64,000 nucleotides of DNA. It comes from Octopus sinensis (lineage: Eukaryota). Under the pieces are notes generated by a model. The model was given only the letters and a program-made list of their open reading frames with translations, did no database searches and was not told where the DNA came from. Location: contig NC_042999.1 of NCBI RefSeq assembly GCF_006345805.1, positions 81,344,001 to 81,408,000 on the forward strand. Direction: 5' to 3'. The number at the start of each line of letters is the position of its first letter. The stretch's first letter is position 1. The position numbers and the translations under genes were made by a program. This document shows positions 1-12,865 of the stretch, piece after piece.

Positions 1-1089
1 TGAGTTGCTTGCAAATTCAGTCCAGGCTATACTTTATTCAAACATTAAGGCCATGCACCACCACTACAAGTTTTCTGAAGATATAGTATAATTAACTGGT
101 CTTGTAATATTTGGTAGAGTGGCCTTCAGCGTCTTGGGATATACAGTTTTTTCTAAATTGGTTTACGTTCTCGATGTTAAAGACATCGCCAGTGATATTA
201 AGGAGGGTCATTCTTCAATGGTTGTTGTCGACCCGTCTACCTCTTTTGCTTTTGTAATGAGTCTAACTTGAACGCCTCAACACCTCACTTCTAGTTAGAA
301 AGCCCTACACGTCCTACTTTCAGAAAGAAAAGACTTAGTCGATTTAATCTTTTCTGTAATCATTGAATTGTTGAGTTTTTAACTATCGACATCTGGGGCT
401 GTTTTGTTTTTGGCACCATCGTTGATTGTTGCTTGGTGGTGAAGAAGGCTAGTGGGAGAAGAATATGAATGAAAACAATGGATTATATAATGCATGCAAC
501 GTAACTAGTTTGCATAGTTACATCGCTGTGTTGCAAAAGAAATTACAAAAAAGACTCCCAATTTTATAGCATAGCAAAAACGGAATGTTGAATGAGGTTT
601 CAAAAGTTTGTATTCTCATGGAAGCGACGAACACTCAATAAATAATGAAGATGAAAAACTTTCGTATATTTTTATTACACGCGTTTAGGGATGGATGAAA
701 CAGCTATTTTCCAAATTAAATGTGTATAGAAGGGATTCTGTGTTTAATACCTGAATTAATATGTATGACATTATGAAAATTTGTCTGTTTCCTGCAGCCA
801 TAGCACAGAGAGGAATCATCAGGTAAAATTGTTTCAAATGTTACAGAACACTTTACCGATTCGTTCTTCTATTAAGTGCATGAGAAGTAGATGTAGACAT
901 GGCGATATTATAGTTGATTAGATAGCAGACAGTTTGTTATATATATATTTCTACTGTCACATTATATATCGTTGCAACCTCAACGTTGATAATGAGAATA
1001 ATTATGACTGATTTTTAAATAGGCATTTTTCCACGCCTCGTCTAGATTTCCACTCTGGTATTTTTTACTTTATTCAACATCATTTATTA

Positions 1090-1305
1090 ATAATCCTTTT
1101 TTATTAAAGGTACCAGGACAGAAATTTCTGGGAGGGAAATAGTCGATTACATCAACTCCAATACTTAACCGGTACTTATTTTTATCGACCCCAAAAGGAT
1201 GTAAAGTAAAGTCGACCCCCGGATGAATTTGAACTCACAATGTAAAAACGGACAGAATGCTTCTAAGCATTTTACCTGGCGTGCTAACGATTCTGCCAAG
1301 TTGCA
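1090..1305 (-). mobile_element. tRNA-derived SINE, family B, decayed copy
   Basis: Core GGTACTTATTTTTATCGACCCCAAAAGGATGTAAAGTAAAGTCGAC...GAATTTGAACTC recurs at 3557-3968, 10945-11155 and inverted at 11595-11810; B-box-like GAGTTCAAATTC on the minus strand. Confidence 0.8.
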
Positions 1306-1464
1306 TCATTTAATGATAATACCAACTAAAACAAAAGCAATGATTAAAATTATTATTAATGATATTCTTTTCTTCTCTAGGCACAAAGCTCTAAATTTTG
1401 GGAGAGGGGGCCAGTCGAGTAGCTCGAAACCAGTACGCAACTGGTACTTAATTTGGCCATAATT

Positions 1465-2700
1465 GTTACATTCACTTGTGTCGCTTCACCTTCCATTTCT
1501 CTTTTCAATCTTCGTAACGTTATGTCGATTTCTTTGCTCCATATTTCTGCCTAGAAATTTCTTGCTCCTTCAGCATTTGGCATATCATTTACTTGATGAT
1601 CTTTTTCATTGTTCAATTGTTCATATAATTTTCTTTCGTCGTTCTTGATGAGTCTAATCTGCTAGTACTGATTTTTTCCCTTGGTACCTGTTTATTCCCG
1701 ACACTGTTTTGATATTTTTATTCTCTCGCACTTCGTTCATGTCTCTCTCCTTCGTCCTCTTCTTCTCTATGATTGTATTTACTAGTGCAAGATCTCTTTC
1801 GAGCAGTTTAATTTGATTATCAAGCTTTCGTTCCCACCATGGAGATTTGACCTTTGTCTTTCTTTCACTTGAAGCCATAAGCGTTTCTACAACGATCGAG
1901 ATTGCGCAGTATACAATACCCTTTAAATCTGTCAGGTTTCCGATGCAGATTTTCGTAAACAGTTCGTCCAACTTTTTCACTACAATATATAGTTTTCGAT
2001 TCTTCTGAGTTGGTAGCTTATTTCTTTCGCTATTTCGTGCCTTATTTGGGTGTAGCAATTGGCGTCTTTCTTCTTCTGTGAACTCTTTCCCTCCACAAAA
2101 TTAAATTTACCTTCATCTGGACAGCTGTTTCTTTTGTGTGGATTTATTGGCCCCTCTATTAATCCCTGTTCTTTTCCTGCTTTTAGCTCTTCATGTTCAG
2201 CGTAGTCACGCCCACAGCCTTTCACTATTGGAGAGATCTTCACTTCCAGATGAGGATAGTCACAAGCTTTTGACGATTAAATTCTTTTGGTATCAAAGAC
2301 TTGTTCCGTGATAAGGAAGATGACTTTTCTGCCATTAATTTAATGCCATCTTTTCCGGTGTTCAATTTTGATAGGTTCACTTCTGTAATATCTTTTCATT
2401 ACAGTTATATTGTAATTTTGAATCCCTTTTCTCCCAATATTTGTAACAAAACTTGGGTAGCGACCAAATACTGCGCAGTGGGGCCCTTGCTGTGCGAGAG
2501 ACCTTCTCTCGATGTTTGAGCCACCTGAGTGTAGTTGTGATGATTTTTCTGTGGCATTACACTCCTATAGAGGACTATGTTGGCGAGGGGTCACAACCAC
2601 AAGTATTTTTATTAACACCATATATCAGGAGCTGCCAGCCCAGGATATAGAGGTCATCTTCTCTCTGTGGTAGATTTAACCTCATGAAAACTTTCTGTTA
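1465..2700 (-). mobile_element. R4/Dong-clade non-LTR retrotransposon, decayed 5' portion
   Basis: Minus ORF 1654-2058 contains SPWWERKLDNQIKLLERDL, resembling the pre-RT P-W-x-R-x-L motif of R4/Dong ORFs; frames are broken. Confidence 0.6.
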
Positions 2701-2721
2701 GTTTCGTTAGCGACTTCAGAT

Positions 2722-2758
2722 GGAGAGAGAGAGAGAGAAAAAGAGCGAGAGAGAGAGC

Positions 2759-2790
<32 letters not shown>

Positions 2791-2885
2791 CGGAGGAGAA
2801 AAGAGAACAACAGAATTTACTAGCTTAAATATTTTGTAAAACAAGACTGTCCTTACAGATTAGTAGTAGTAGTAGTAGTAGTAGT

Positions 2886-2927
<42 letters not shown>

Positions 2928-2930
2928 AGA
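2722..2930. repeat. (GA)n and (TAG)n microsatellites
   Basis: Directly visible. Confidence 0.95.
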
Positions 2931-3454
2931 AGACGTAGAGGAGGGGAGGGCACCATGAGGTTATAGCATTACAAGAAATAGGTTGAAGGTGATGATTAAG
3001 TATGCGAATTGTGAAATTCACCTGCGAATTCTTAACTTCAAAATAAATAACGTGAAAAATACCAATGCATGTGAGTATGTAAGACGAAGTAAAATGCATG
3101 TGAATTAGATTTTTCTTGTGTGTTTGGTTGGGTTTAATTTTGTTCGTGATTGTGTGTGAAAGCGATTCAATTTCTCAATATACCATAAAGGGTGTTGCTG
3201 CGTTTGATCATGCGAATCTTTGCTTAAATTCAGTTGACTACTTCTGTTCGTAGTTTGTGATTATGGTGCGCTTATTAGTAAATAAGAGTATCCAAGGCTA
3301 AAGTTTCTAAGCGTATAAAATTAAAATTGCATCTTGATGAACAATACTTCATATTGCATATGTGCGTGTACGTTAATTATAAGCTTATATATATTACACA
3401 TACAAACAACGCACGCACACACACACACACGCACACGCGCACACACACATACAT

Positions 3455-4030
3455 ATTTGCGACGGTCTTTTTTCAGTTTCTGTCTACCAGACCCACACTC
3501 TAGGAGCTGGTTGGCCCGGGGCTTTGCAACGCACGGAGACTGACTCGAAATCGTGTTATTTCTTTATTGCCCACAAGAGACTAAATATAGAGGGGACATA
3601 CAAGGACAGACAAAGGGATTAAGCCGATTACATTGACCCCAGAGCGTAACTGGTACTTAATTTATCGACCCCGAAAGGATGAAAAGCAAAGTCGACCTCG
3701 GTGGAATTTGAACTCAGAATGTAACGGCAGACGAAATACCTATTTCTTTACCACCCAGAAGGAGCTAAAACACAGAGAGGACAAACAAGAGAGACAAAGG
3801 GATTAAGTGGATTATATCGAGACCAGTGGGTAACTGGTACTTATTTAATCGACCCCAAAAGAATGAAAGGTAAAGTCGACCTCGGCGGAATTTGAACTCA
3901 GATCGTAGCGGCAGACGAAATACCGCTAAGCATTTCGCCCGGCTAACGTTTCTGCCAGGTCGCCGCCTACTGACTCGAAATCGTGTGATTGGAGAGCGAA
4001 CTTCTTACCGCATAGCTTCTCTTCACCTAT
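3455..4030 (-). mobile_element. SINE family A copy interrupted by a nested SINE
   Basis: 3455-3556 and 3987-4030 match the reverse complement of the family at 62405-62810 (TTTCAGTTTC(C/T)GTCTACCA; CTTCTTACC). Confidence 0.7.
3557..3968 (-). mobile_element. SINE family B, partial tandem dimer with 18-bp TSD
   Basis: Two ~185-bp units (3557-3740, 3741-3925) plus tRNA-like head to 3968; flanked by the direct repeat ACTGACTCGAAATCGTGT at 3539-3556 and 3969-3986. Confidence 0.9.
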
Positions 4031-5888
4031 ACATATATTAATATCTCGCTTAGACATTGCGATACTAGTCTCCTGGGCACTGCATTGTAGAAGTTCCTTG
4101 GAAGCTATAAAAAATTGCACAAGCACTCAGCTCTCGTTGCAAGAACAGTTGTAAGCTAATGAAGTTCGTTGCATAATTTACTGTTCTCGTATGATTTATT
4201 TAATTTGAAGCACACACACTCACACACACACAGGCGCCGCACACTATATTGTATCTTTGATTAAGAAGTCTTCTTCATTATTATACATTTATAAATTCAA
4301 GTCGCAGCTGCAATTGCCTTCTAATGCACAAACTATAATCACACACTACGCACTGAAAGAGTCAACTGAATATGAACTAATATTATGTATCATACTATAA
4401 TTCACATGTGTCCCGTGTATTCGTGGGTTCTTTTGTGAAAGCATATATCTAATAGAATTTTCATGTGTGTGTATGATAATGTCTTTGTCTCTTTGCCAAA
4501 TTCTCCATGTCACAATCACAATTCATCAATATGTTTTATTTGTCTACATAAAATCTCTTTGCAAACAGTAATTTTGTTGTGACTATTATAGCTGTCTTAC
4601 ATCACCGTAACTAACCCAGTCGTTTAGAGCGTGCTATTGTCTATTTTCAGTTACTTCCGTGTATCATAAAGAATGTTAGAACAGGTATTATGTTTCTAGC
4701 GCAACAAACGATACCGTCATATTTATATTTATATAAGTATAAATTCTCTTAATGTTACCTAATACTTCCATATGATGTGATTAAAGGAAGAATCGCCTAT
4801 ATGTATGTGCCCTTTTGTGCAATTTGTATATCTATTCATATATATCTATATCGATATCTATCTATCATTGTGTGTGTGTGTGTGCAGCATTACTGCATCG
4901 GTTCTTAATTTTGTGTGACGGTTTTTGCTTCGCAATAACGGCAAAGAATATATTTCACCATTGCTATGTTTGTTACACAAACGCCGCTGTAAAGAACGAG
5001 AGTGAATGCATACATACAATTACGAGTAATTATTGTAGAAGTTTCCAATCCCAGTCATCGCAATGTTACTTTTATCCAACCGCCTGTTCTCAATGGAAAG
5101 TAATGAACATTCTTTGTCTTTTATGAATTGCAGGGGATTACAATCTACATAATAAGCTACCATAAACACTCGACATCAAACACATATAGACTAGGAAAGA
5201 TACTTGCAAGAGCGCGTTAATTCATGAATATTATAGTTTCAACATATGTCTGTAATGCTTGTCGGAGACAACATATCAAACTGAAAATTTTTATACTCTC
5301 CAGCTACTATCTTAGTATTTATAACGTATAAGGTACCGTTATGATGCGTGTGCAATATGATGGTTCTAATGATAAATGTATGCCTTCATTTGATCATAAT
5401 CTACATATTAATGTCATTTAAACTTTAATTATTGTCTTGGCTGATATTGATAAGGACACTGAAGAATTATTATTATATATGGTTTTGTGGTTAATCCTGC
5501 TTTACCATGTACTGAGCAGAGATATTACGTTACATCAAAAGGTCGCTGTTACTCTGCTCATATATGATAGAAAAAAATCCATTAGACAGAAAATGATTAC
5601 CGAAACGTCATAAACATCACAACGTACATTATTCGATGATACATAATGAGCAAATCAGCGTGGACTCTCCCCATAATACTTCCCTTATGTTAGAAATAGC
5701 AGCTAAATTTTTCTCAAATCATGTATTCCACTCACAGGCAAAGTCAGTACATGTTACATAATATAATCATAGAAGACCATAAGAAGAACAGATCAACAAG
5801 TGTGTGCTTGACCAGCGTTGAAACAAATCAGAAGATAACAACAATTACGGGGTGAGAGCTCTAAGCAGTGATGTGTATAAATGGTATA

Positions 5889-5994
5889 CGAGGGGTGTAT
5901 GAAAAGATTTGAGCCTTGAAGTCTTGTACCTTCATCAGAGGTCTTGTATCATTTTTTTTTTTTTTGAGGCTCAAGATTTTTCATACACCTCTCA
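5889..5994. mobile_element. Tc1/mariner-type MITE
   Basis: Imperfect TIRs CGAGGGGTGTATGAAAAGATTTGAGCCT / AGGCTCAAGATTTTTCATACACCTCTCA, flanked by TA on both sides. Confidence 0.75.
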
Positions 5995-6400
5995 TACAAG
6001 CCTTTCACTGTGTTGTCTCATGGAGAAAATTTCTCGCTGTAAATATACTTAAATCAGCTCGCAGCGCCACTTATTCACACTGTGTGGTATAAAAGTATTT
6101 AGGAAAAATATCTTCAATGATGAAATTTGAATATCTGCTTTTCTACCTTGAGTTATGTTGACGATTAAATGGTTTAAACTAGGATATGTTGTTACCGATA
6201 AAGTTAGGACCTAGTCGAGGGTGGTAGATAAATCTATAAATCTAGATATGTATATATATTCAGCCATTGGAATTTGAATAGAGGTGTCAACAGGAGAATG
6301 TCACTGTTTATTACTGGACATTAGCCTGCGATTGGTCGAGAAAGAACACGCAGTGTCACAGTTCCATGTTGGTATTTCAGCGACAACAATTACTTATGCA

Positions 6401-6461
<61 letters not shown>

Positions 6462-6469
6462 TGTGTGTG

Positions 6470-6624
6470 TGTGTGTGGCTGTGTGGCTGTGTGGTAAGTA
6501 GCTTGCTGACCGACCACATTGTTCCGAATTCGGTCCGCCTACGTGATCTCTCGGGTCTTATATTATAACCTCGGGCCGAACAAAGCTTCGTGGGTGGATT
6601 TGATAGACGGAAATTGAAAGAAGC

Positions 6625-6696
<72 letters not shown>

Positions 6697-6968
6697 GTAT
6701 GTTTGTATACATATGTTATATATATATACACACACACATATATATACTTATGTGTGATTGTGTGTCTGTGTTTGTCCACCCGCGATCGCATGACACACAC
6801 GTTGGTATGTCTTCGTCTCTGTACCCCAGCGGTTGGCAAAAAGAGACCGATAGAATAAGTACTAGGCTTACAAAGAATAAGACCTGAGGTTGATTTGCCC
6901 GACTAAAGGTCGTGCTCCAGCAAGGCCTCAGTCAAATTACTGAAACAATTGAAAGAATAAGGTAAAGA
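6470..6968 (+). mobile_element. tRNA-derived SINE family A with internal (TA)n/(TG)n
   Basis: Colinear with 62405-62810: head TGGCTGTGTGGTAAG, AGACGGAAA(T/C)TGAAAGAAGCCTGT, microsatellite, GGCAAAAGAGACCGATAGAATAAGTACT, GTGCTCCAGCA, A-rich tail. Confidence 0.85.
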
Positions 6969-6980
6969 ATATACATATAA

Positions 6981-7062
6981 ACTCGCGCTCTTAACCCCAA
7001 GATTCCGAGTTCGATTCCAAGCAGTGACCTGAACAATAATAATAATAATAATGATGATGATC

Positions 7063-7126
<64 letters not shown>

Positions 7127-7347
7127 TAATAAAAATAATAATGATGATGATGATAACATCGAAAAATACCTTAGGATTGAGAACCCAGGTTCGAAATTTT
7201 CCCAAGACACCTAAAGAAGGCTGGAGGGTATATCAGATGAAACGTTGTGTTAACAACAAAAAAGATGAGGACAAATAACTGTCGAATATAAATAACATAA
7301 ATAACGTAAATAATGTACATAATTCCTCATCTCTTAAATATAGAACC
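6981..7347 (+). mobile_element. tRNA-head/(AAT)n/hammerhead SINE-like element (family C), 5'-truncated, HHR core mutated
   Basis: Colinear with 35496-35828; B-box GAGTTCGATTCC; HHR core reads CTAAAGA instead of CTGATGA. Confidence 0.85.
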
Positions 7348-7657
7348 AGGTCATGCCTTTCTTTCGCTGGACTCAGATCTCATTTGTGGACCTATGTAGA
7401 ACGAACTTCAACTAACTATTCTGTTTATACATCTGTGCACACCTTCCAATGTGTGCTTAACTGAGGCCTCAAAAGACATTTAAGACACACAAAGGTAAGA
7501 AATTAATTGTAGCTCCTTGTGATCCAAATCAGATATCCAATCTATGTTAGTCTTTATTCAATGCACTGTCTGGTTTTAAAAGCCACATCAGATACCATGA
7601 TGAGTATACAGTGCACGTACAATATGTGGTCAGACTCTGCATAAGGAGTAGACAACC

Positions 7658-7705
<48 letters not shown>

Positions 7706-7715
7706 ATATATATAT

Positions 7716-7875
7716 AACTAATGTGGGATAAAATCTTTCTCGGAAAAAAATTTTTATCAATGGCCAGCATATCAAAAAATACCTTTAAAGGTTAAATTTT
7801 AAAATAATTTACAAGATAAGGGCAAAAGAAAAATTCTAATTTGGCATTAGAATGTTTCTTTTGCCCTTATCTTGT

Positions 7876-7882
<7 letters not shown>
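7716..7882. mobile_element. Short insert in (TA)n ending in a ~36-bp-arm fold-back; probable PLE-type remnant
   Basis: 7804-7839 is the near-perfect reverse complement of 7845-7882; (TA)n on both flanks. Confidence 0.5.
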
Positions 7883-7921
<39 letters not shown>

Positions 7922-8039
7922 TACATACTGATAGATAGATAGATAGATAAATAGATTGATATATATACACATATGTATGCATATATATATATATATATGT
8001 TTGTGCGTGTGTGTCGAAATATATGTTTTAGCTTTTATT

Positions 8040-8250
8040 TATTTATTTTTTTGTTGTTTCAGGGATTAGATTGCGACTATGATAGGGCTCGAATTTGAAG
8101 TACCTTAGTCGTAATAAAAGACCCCAGTGTTTATTTCTTTCAAAACCTGGTACTTATTTCCTTAGTTTTCTTTCCCTAGATGCTAAGTTACAAGGAAGGA
8201 AGGCACAAGAACACTGGTTGCTAGGCGGGGTGGGGGACAAACACATACAC
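8040..8250 (-). mobile_element. SINE family A, decayed 3' half
   Basis: CCTGGTACTTATT, GCTAAGTTAC and GGGGACAAACAC match the reverse complement of the family A 3' half. Confidence 0.6.
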
Positions 8251-8256
8251 ACACGC

Positions 8257-8309
<53 letters not shown>

Positions 8310-9182
8310 CACTCATACACACACCTACGTACATATAATATTCAGACACAGATAAATATCTAAGCATGCGCATATATGTATTAGGTTTGTGGTAGAGTGT
8401 ATTATATGTTGCTATTTGTGGTTGCTCAGACAAAATATTGCTATGTATGTAATACACACATCTTTTTATTAGAGTAAGATTATAAGCTATTTTAATAATT
8501 CCAATCTGAGCAGAAGAAAAATGAATAAATTATATATAAATAATATAAAACAATAATTAACATCAAACAATTACAAGAATTGGAGGAAAATGAATTAAGA
8601 ATAATAGTTTATGGAAATCATGTACACGCAATGTCAGCATTTTTCTGATTAGAGAACAAATAATATTAGCAATAAAACCTTGATGAACATCAATATATTT
8701 TTGTTTTAATATTTGTTGTGATTTTACCAAAATATTCATAACGGGGAAATTTTATTAATAACAGATTAATTTTCTATATTTATACGCTTATGAAGGCAAT
8801 ATATATTTTATTAAATTATTTCTTGAGTACAAATGTTTATATTCTGATTTCAATTCCAACTCGAATCGTACTGGAATTTTCACCTTCAAGATTTGTTATG
8901 ATAAATAGCAATTAGAATCTTAAGCCTGTAAAATCGATCATTTCCATTCTTCAACATATTCATGCGTATCTCTGTTTTCGTGTGTTCAATATATTTTCTT
9001 TAATTAACATGTGAACGTTGCCATTTTCCTAGCTTGTTTTGAATTTGTGTAAAGTTTGAAATTTCCTTACATGCAAAAGGCGAAGGAATTCGATTAAAAT
9101 ATGTGTTAGTCGCTTTGTTTTTAATATATATAACAATATGCCCTTACACCCAGCATGTTTTCCGGCTTATAATGAAGATAAT

Positions 9183-9501
9183 TTTTTAATTATTTATGCA
9201 CCATTTCCAAGCCTAGCCAGGATCATGGGCCCAGTTTCCCGGTTTCTGTGGCGTATGTGTTCCCCCCAGCTGAACGAGACGCCATTCCATCGCAGACTTA
9301 CTCAAGAAACAGGAAGAGAGAGTGAGAGAAAGTTGGGGCGAAAGAGTAAAACAGGAGTCATCATCACCCCGCTGCCGGAGTCTCGTGGAGCTTTAGGTGT
9401 TTTCGCTCAATAAACACACACAACGCGAGGTCTGGGAACCGAAACCGCGATCCTCAGACCGCGAGTCCGCTGCTCTAACCACTGGGCCATTGCGCCTCCA
9501 C
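9183..9501 (-). mobile_element. Full-length tRNA-derived SINE (family D) with 12-bp TSD
   Basis: Minus strand begins TGGAGGCGCAATGGCCCAGTGGTTAGAGC (A box) ... GGTTTCGGTTCCC (B-box-like); TSD AATGAAGATAAT at 9171-9182 and 9502-9513. Confidence 0.9.
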
Positions 9502-10178
9502 AATGAAGATAATACTTTCGATTACGTTTTGGTACTTTTGTTTTCTGTCTCTCTCATAGAAGAGATAGGTATGAACGATGCACTGGTAGAGATGATATGA
9601 GCGACTAGTCAACATGCAAATTTCTTGATTTGTACCTGTTTTAAAATGTTGTATAATGTGTAGAATTTTTCATATATTCATTGAAGTAATTTGGTTTGAA
9701 ACTAGGATTTGAAATTCCATTATTTATATCAGCTCGAACGAAAATGATATAATCGTTGATAATTTATATTGTTTTGTTGGATTCGAAACTATATCACTCA
9801 GTTGAAAGAGGTGATATTGAATTACGTTCTAAGCTTATATTTTTATATTAATTACTCAATTCACAAGCTGAAATGTTTGTAATATGTTTTCAGCATCATT
9901 TAATAGTCCAATTTTATGTGTCCGGTTGCGAGTTACGATTTCCTTTTCCTAATTACGACTTGTTTAAAAGTACACTTTGAACGCAACTAGCAGTGCGCAG
10001 CATTCTGTTGTTTGATGAGGAATTTTTATTTTCCATTTTTCTTTATGTCCATTATATTTTATGTAACTTTCTGTGGGCTGTGTTACACATGCATTATTTC
10101 GAATCAAGTATTTTCTTTTGATATGAAGTTTCCATTAATAAAAAAAAACATGAAATTATTTATAAAACAAACCATTTT

Positions 10179-10221
<43 letters not shown>

Positions 10222-10266
10222 ATAGCCAGCTACTTAGTTTTTCTATCTCTCCTGTTTGTTGCACCG

Positions 10267-10303
<37 letters not shown>

Positions 10304-10312
10304 TTGTATTTT

Positions 10313-10828
<516 letters not shown>

Positions 10829-10944
10829 CTTAATAAACTGAAAGGCTTCGATTTCGAGTTCTCTGCTTTCCGAGAATTTGTTTGGTGTGTTGAAATGTGA
10901 ATGTTATGGCAGATGAATTTTAAGATTGACCAGTTCCGTTTCAT

Positions 10945-11155
10945 ATATTGGTTTCAAATGTTGGTACTAGACCAGCAATTTCGGGAAGTGTGTAAGTCGA
11001 TTAGATCGGCCTCAGTGTTCAACTAGTACTTATTTTATCGACTCGCAAGGATGAAAGGCTAAGTCGACTTCGGTGACATTTGAACCCCTTAACGTGAAGA
11101 CGATGAAATGCCGCTAAGCATTTTATCCTGCACGGTAAAGCTTTTGCCAGTTTGC
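10945..11155 (-). mobile_element. SINE family B
   Basis: AGTACTTATTTTATCGAC...GGATGAAAGGCTAAGTCGAC...TTTGAAC core. Confidence 0.75.
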
Positions 11156-11594
11156 ATCGTGAGAATGTTTTATATATCATACATTATATACCTTCGTTTT
11201 CCACAAAGACGTGTATTGTCATGTTTGGAATTATATTTCTTATTTTAATGCTGTTATCTAATGTAAACTGTATACATTTTGATGTCTACTGACAAAAAAA
11301 TTCTAATTATGTAATTGTTCTATGCCTAGACTTTGTTAGAATTTGAGCGTAAATTGAATTTTTTCATTTGAAAAGCGTTCCATTCCACGAAGATACCTTT
11401 ATATTCATATCAGCAATTCATCTGCTATTCTTGTAATTATTAAAATATATCAATTTTTTTTTAAAAACATCTTTTGTTCTCATACAAAAATGCACACGCC
11501 GTTAAAAAAAATGTACTGGTTAGTGCTAAATATCTTTCTCTTTTTTGAATGTCTATGATGTACTTGAAGTATAATCAGACGAGAATAATTACAA

Positions 11595-12040
11595 TGAGGC
11601 AGCGAGCTGGCAATATGGTTAGCTCGTCGGAAATATGCTTCGCGATATTTCTTCCCGTTTTGTGTTTTTAATTTAAAACCCACTGCGATCGACTTTGAAC
11701 TTTATAATTTCTTTGTCGATAAAAAATGTGTACCAATAATGTACTGATATCGATGTAATTGACTGGCCCTATAACGTAAAAGTCCCAGGCCTTGTTTTTA
11801 TAATAGAAAACAAAAACTACATCAGTTACTAATGTTGCGACTTGGTAGAACTGTTAAATCCTCAGAAAAATGTTTTACAGTATATCTTCCAACTCATTAC
11901 TTTCTGATTTCACAATCCACGGAAACTTACTTTGTCTTTCTTCCTTGCGGGGAGCGATGAAATAAATACCAGCTGAGTAATAGGGTCAATGTTGTCTACT
12001 GTCCCTTATCCTAAAACTTCTGCCTTTGTGCAAATGTATG
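11595..12040 (+). mobile_element. Two decayed SINE family B copies in tandem
   Basis: GGCAGCGAGCTGGCA head, GTCGATAAAAAATGTGTACCA and GATGAAATAAATACCAG cores. Confidence 0.6.
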
Positions 12041-12739
12041 TAGCAGAATAGAAACACATACTTATTTTCCAATAAACTCTTCAGAGCTGATCAATGAGAA
12101 ATCAATATCTTTTGGATATATACTAATAGTAGAAGGAACATTAATCTGTTTTCATCAAGAAATATATATTTAAAACGGACTGGTAAAAAGAAAAGATGAC
12201 AGCATCAGTCACCTTGTCACTAACTTATACCTCACTGATAACATAAGTTGTTTTGTTCATAATAAAATACAAAATATTTTGAAACATGTTCGTTGTAAGT
12301 ATACATTTTTGAATTTTGCAGAAGCGATTAATTTTGATTTTGATATGGGGAAACTTTTGACAATTTGGCATTATATGAAATGCTTTATGGAAAACTATAT
12401 CTTAAACAAATGATATTACAGTATGTCTTGCTAACAATGCTTTGCGTATCGATAGTTACGTCATATGCACAAAGGTTTTTTTAAGATATAAGGATGATAA
12501 GTTAAGGAGAAATATAAAATCACACACAAACACACACGCACACACACACACATATTATATATATATATATATAAGGAGGGGAGGGTGAAAGTGAGAGAGA
12601 GATACATACACCCATGAGGCCTTAATAACCGCGAGATACCTCGATGTTACTGTTGAAAATAACCTAATCTAGAGTACCCACATAAATAGCTCAGTCGACA
12701 TAATCCGCAGGGCGTACTCCTGGATCCACAGGGCTTTCT

Positions 12740-12865
12740 AGTGTGGAGCTGCTCCTACTACTATCCTTCTCTTCTCGACTTTCGCCTCTCCTCACCTTGA
12801 ATACTGCTGCCCACTATGATCTCTCTCCACGAAACAACATATAATCAAATTTGAACGACCCCAGT
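12740..12865 (+). mobile_element. CR1/L2 ORF2 fragment
   Basis: TATCCTTCTCTTCTC...CACCTTGAATACTGCTGCCCACT is homologous to 50747-50830 ([10 protein letters not shown]). Confidence 0.6.
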
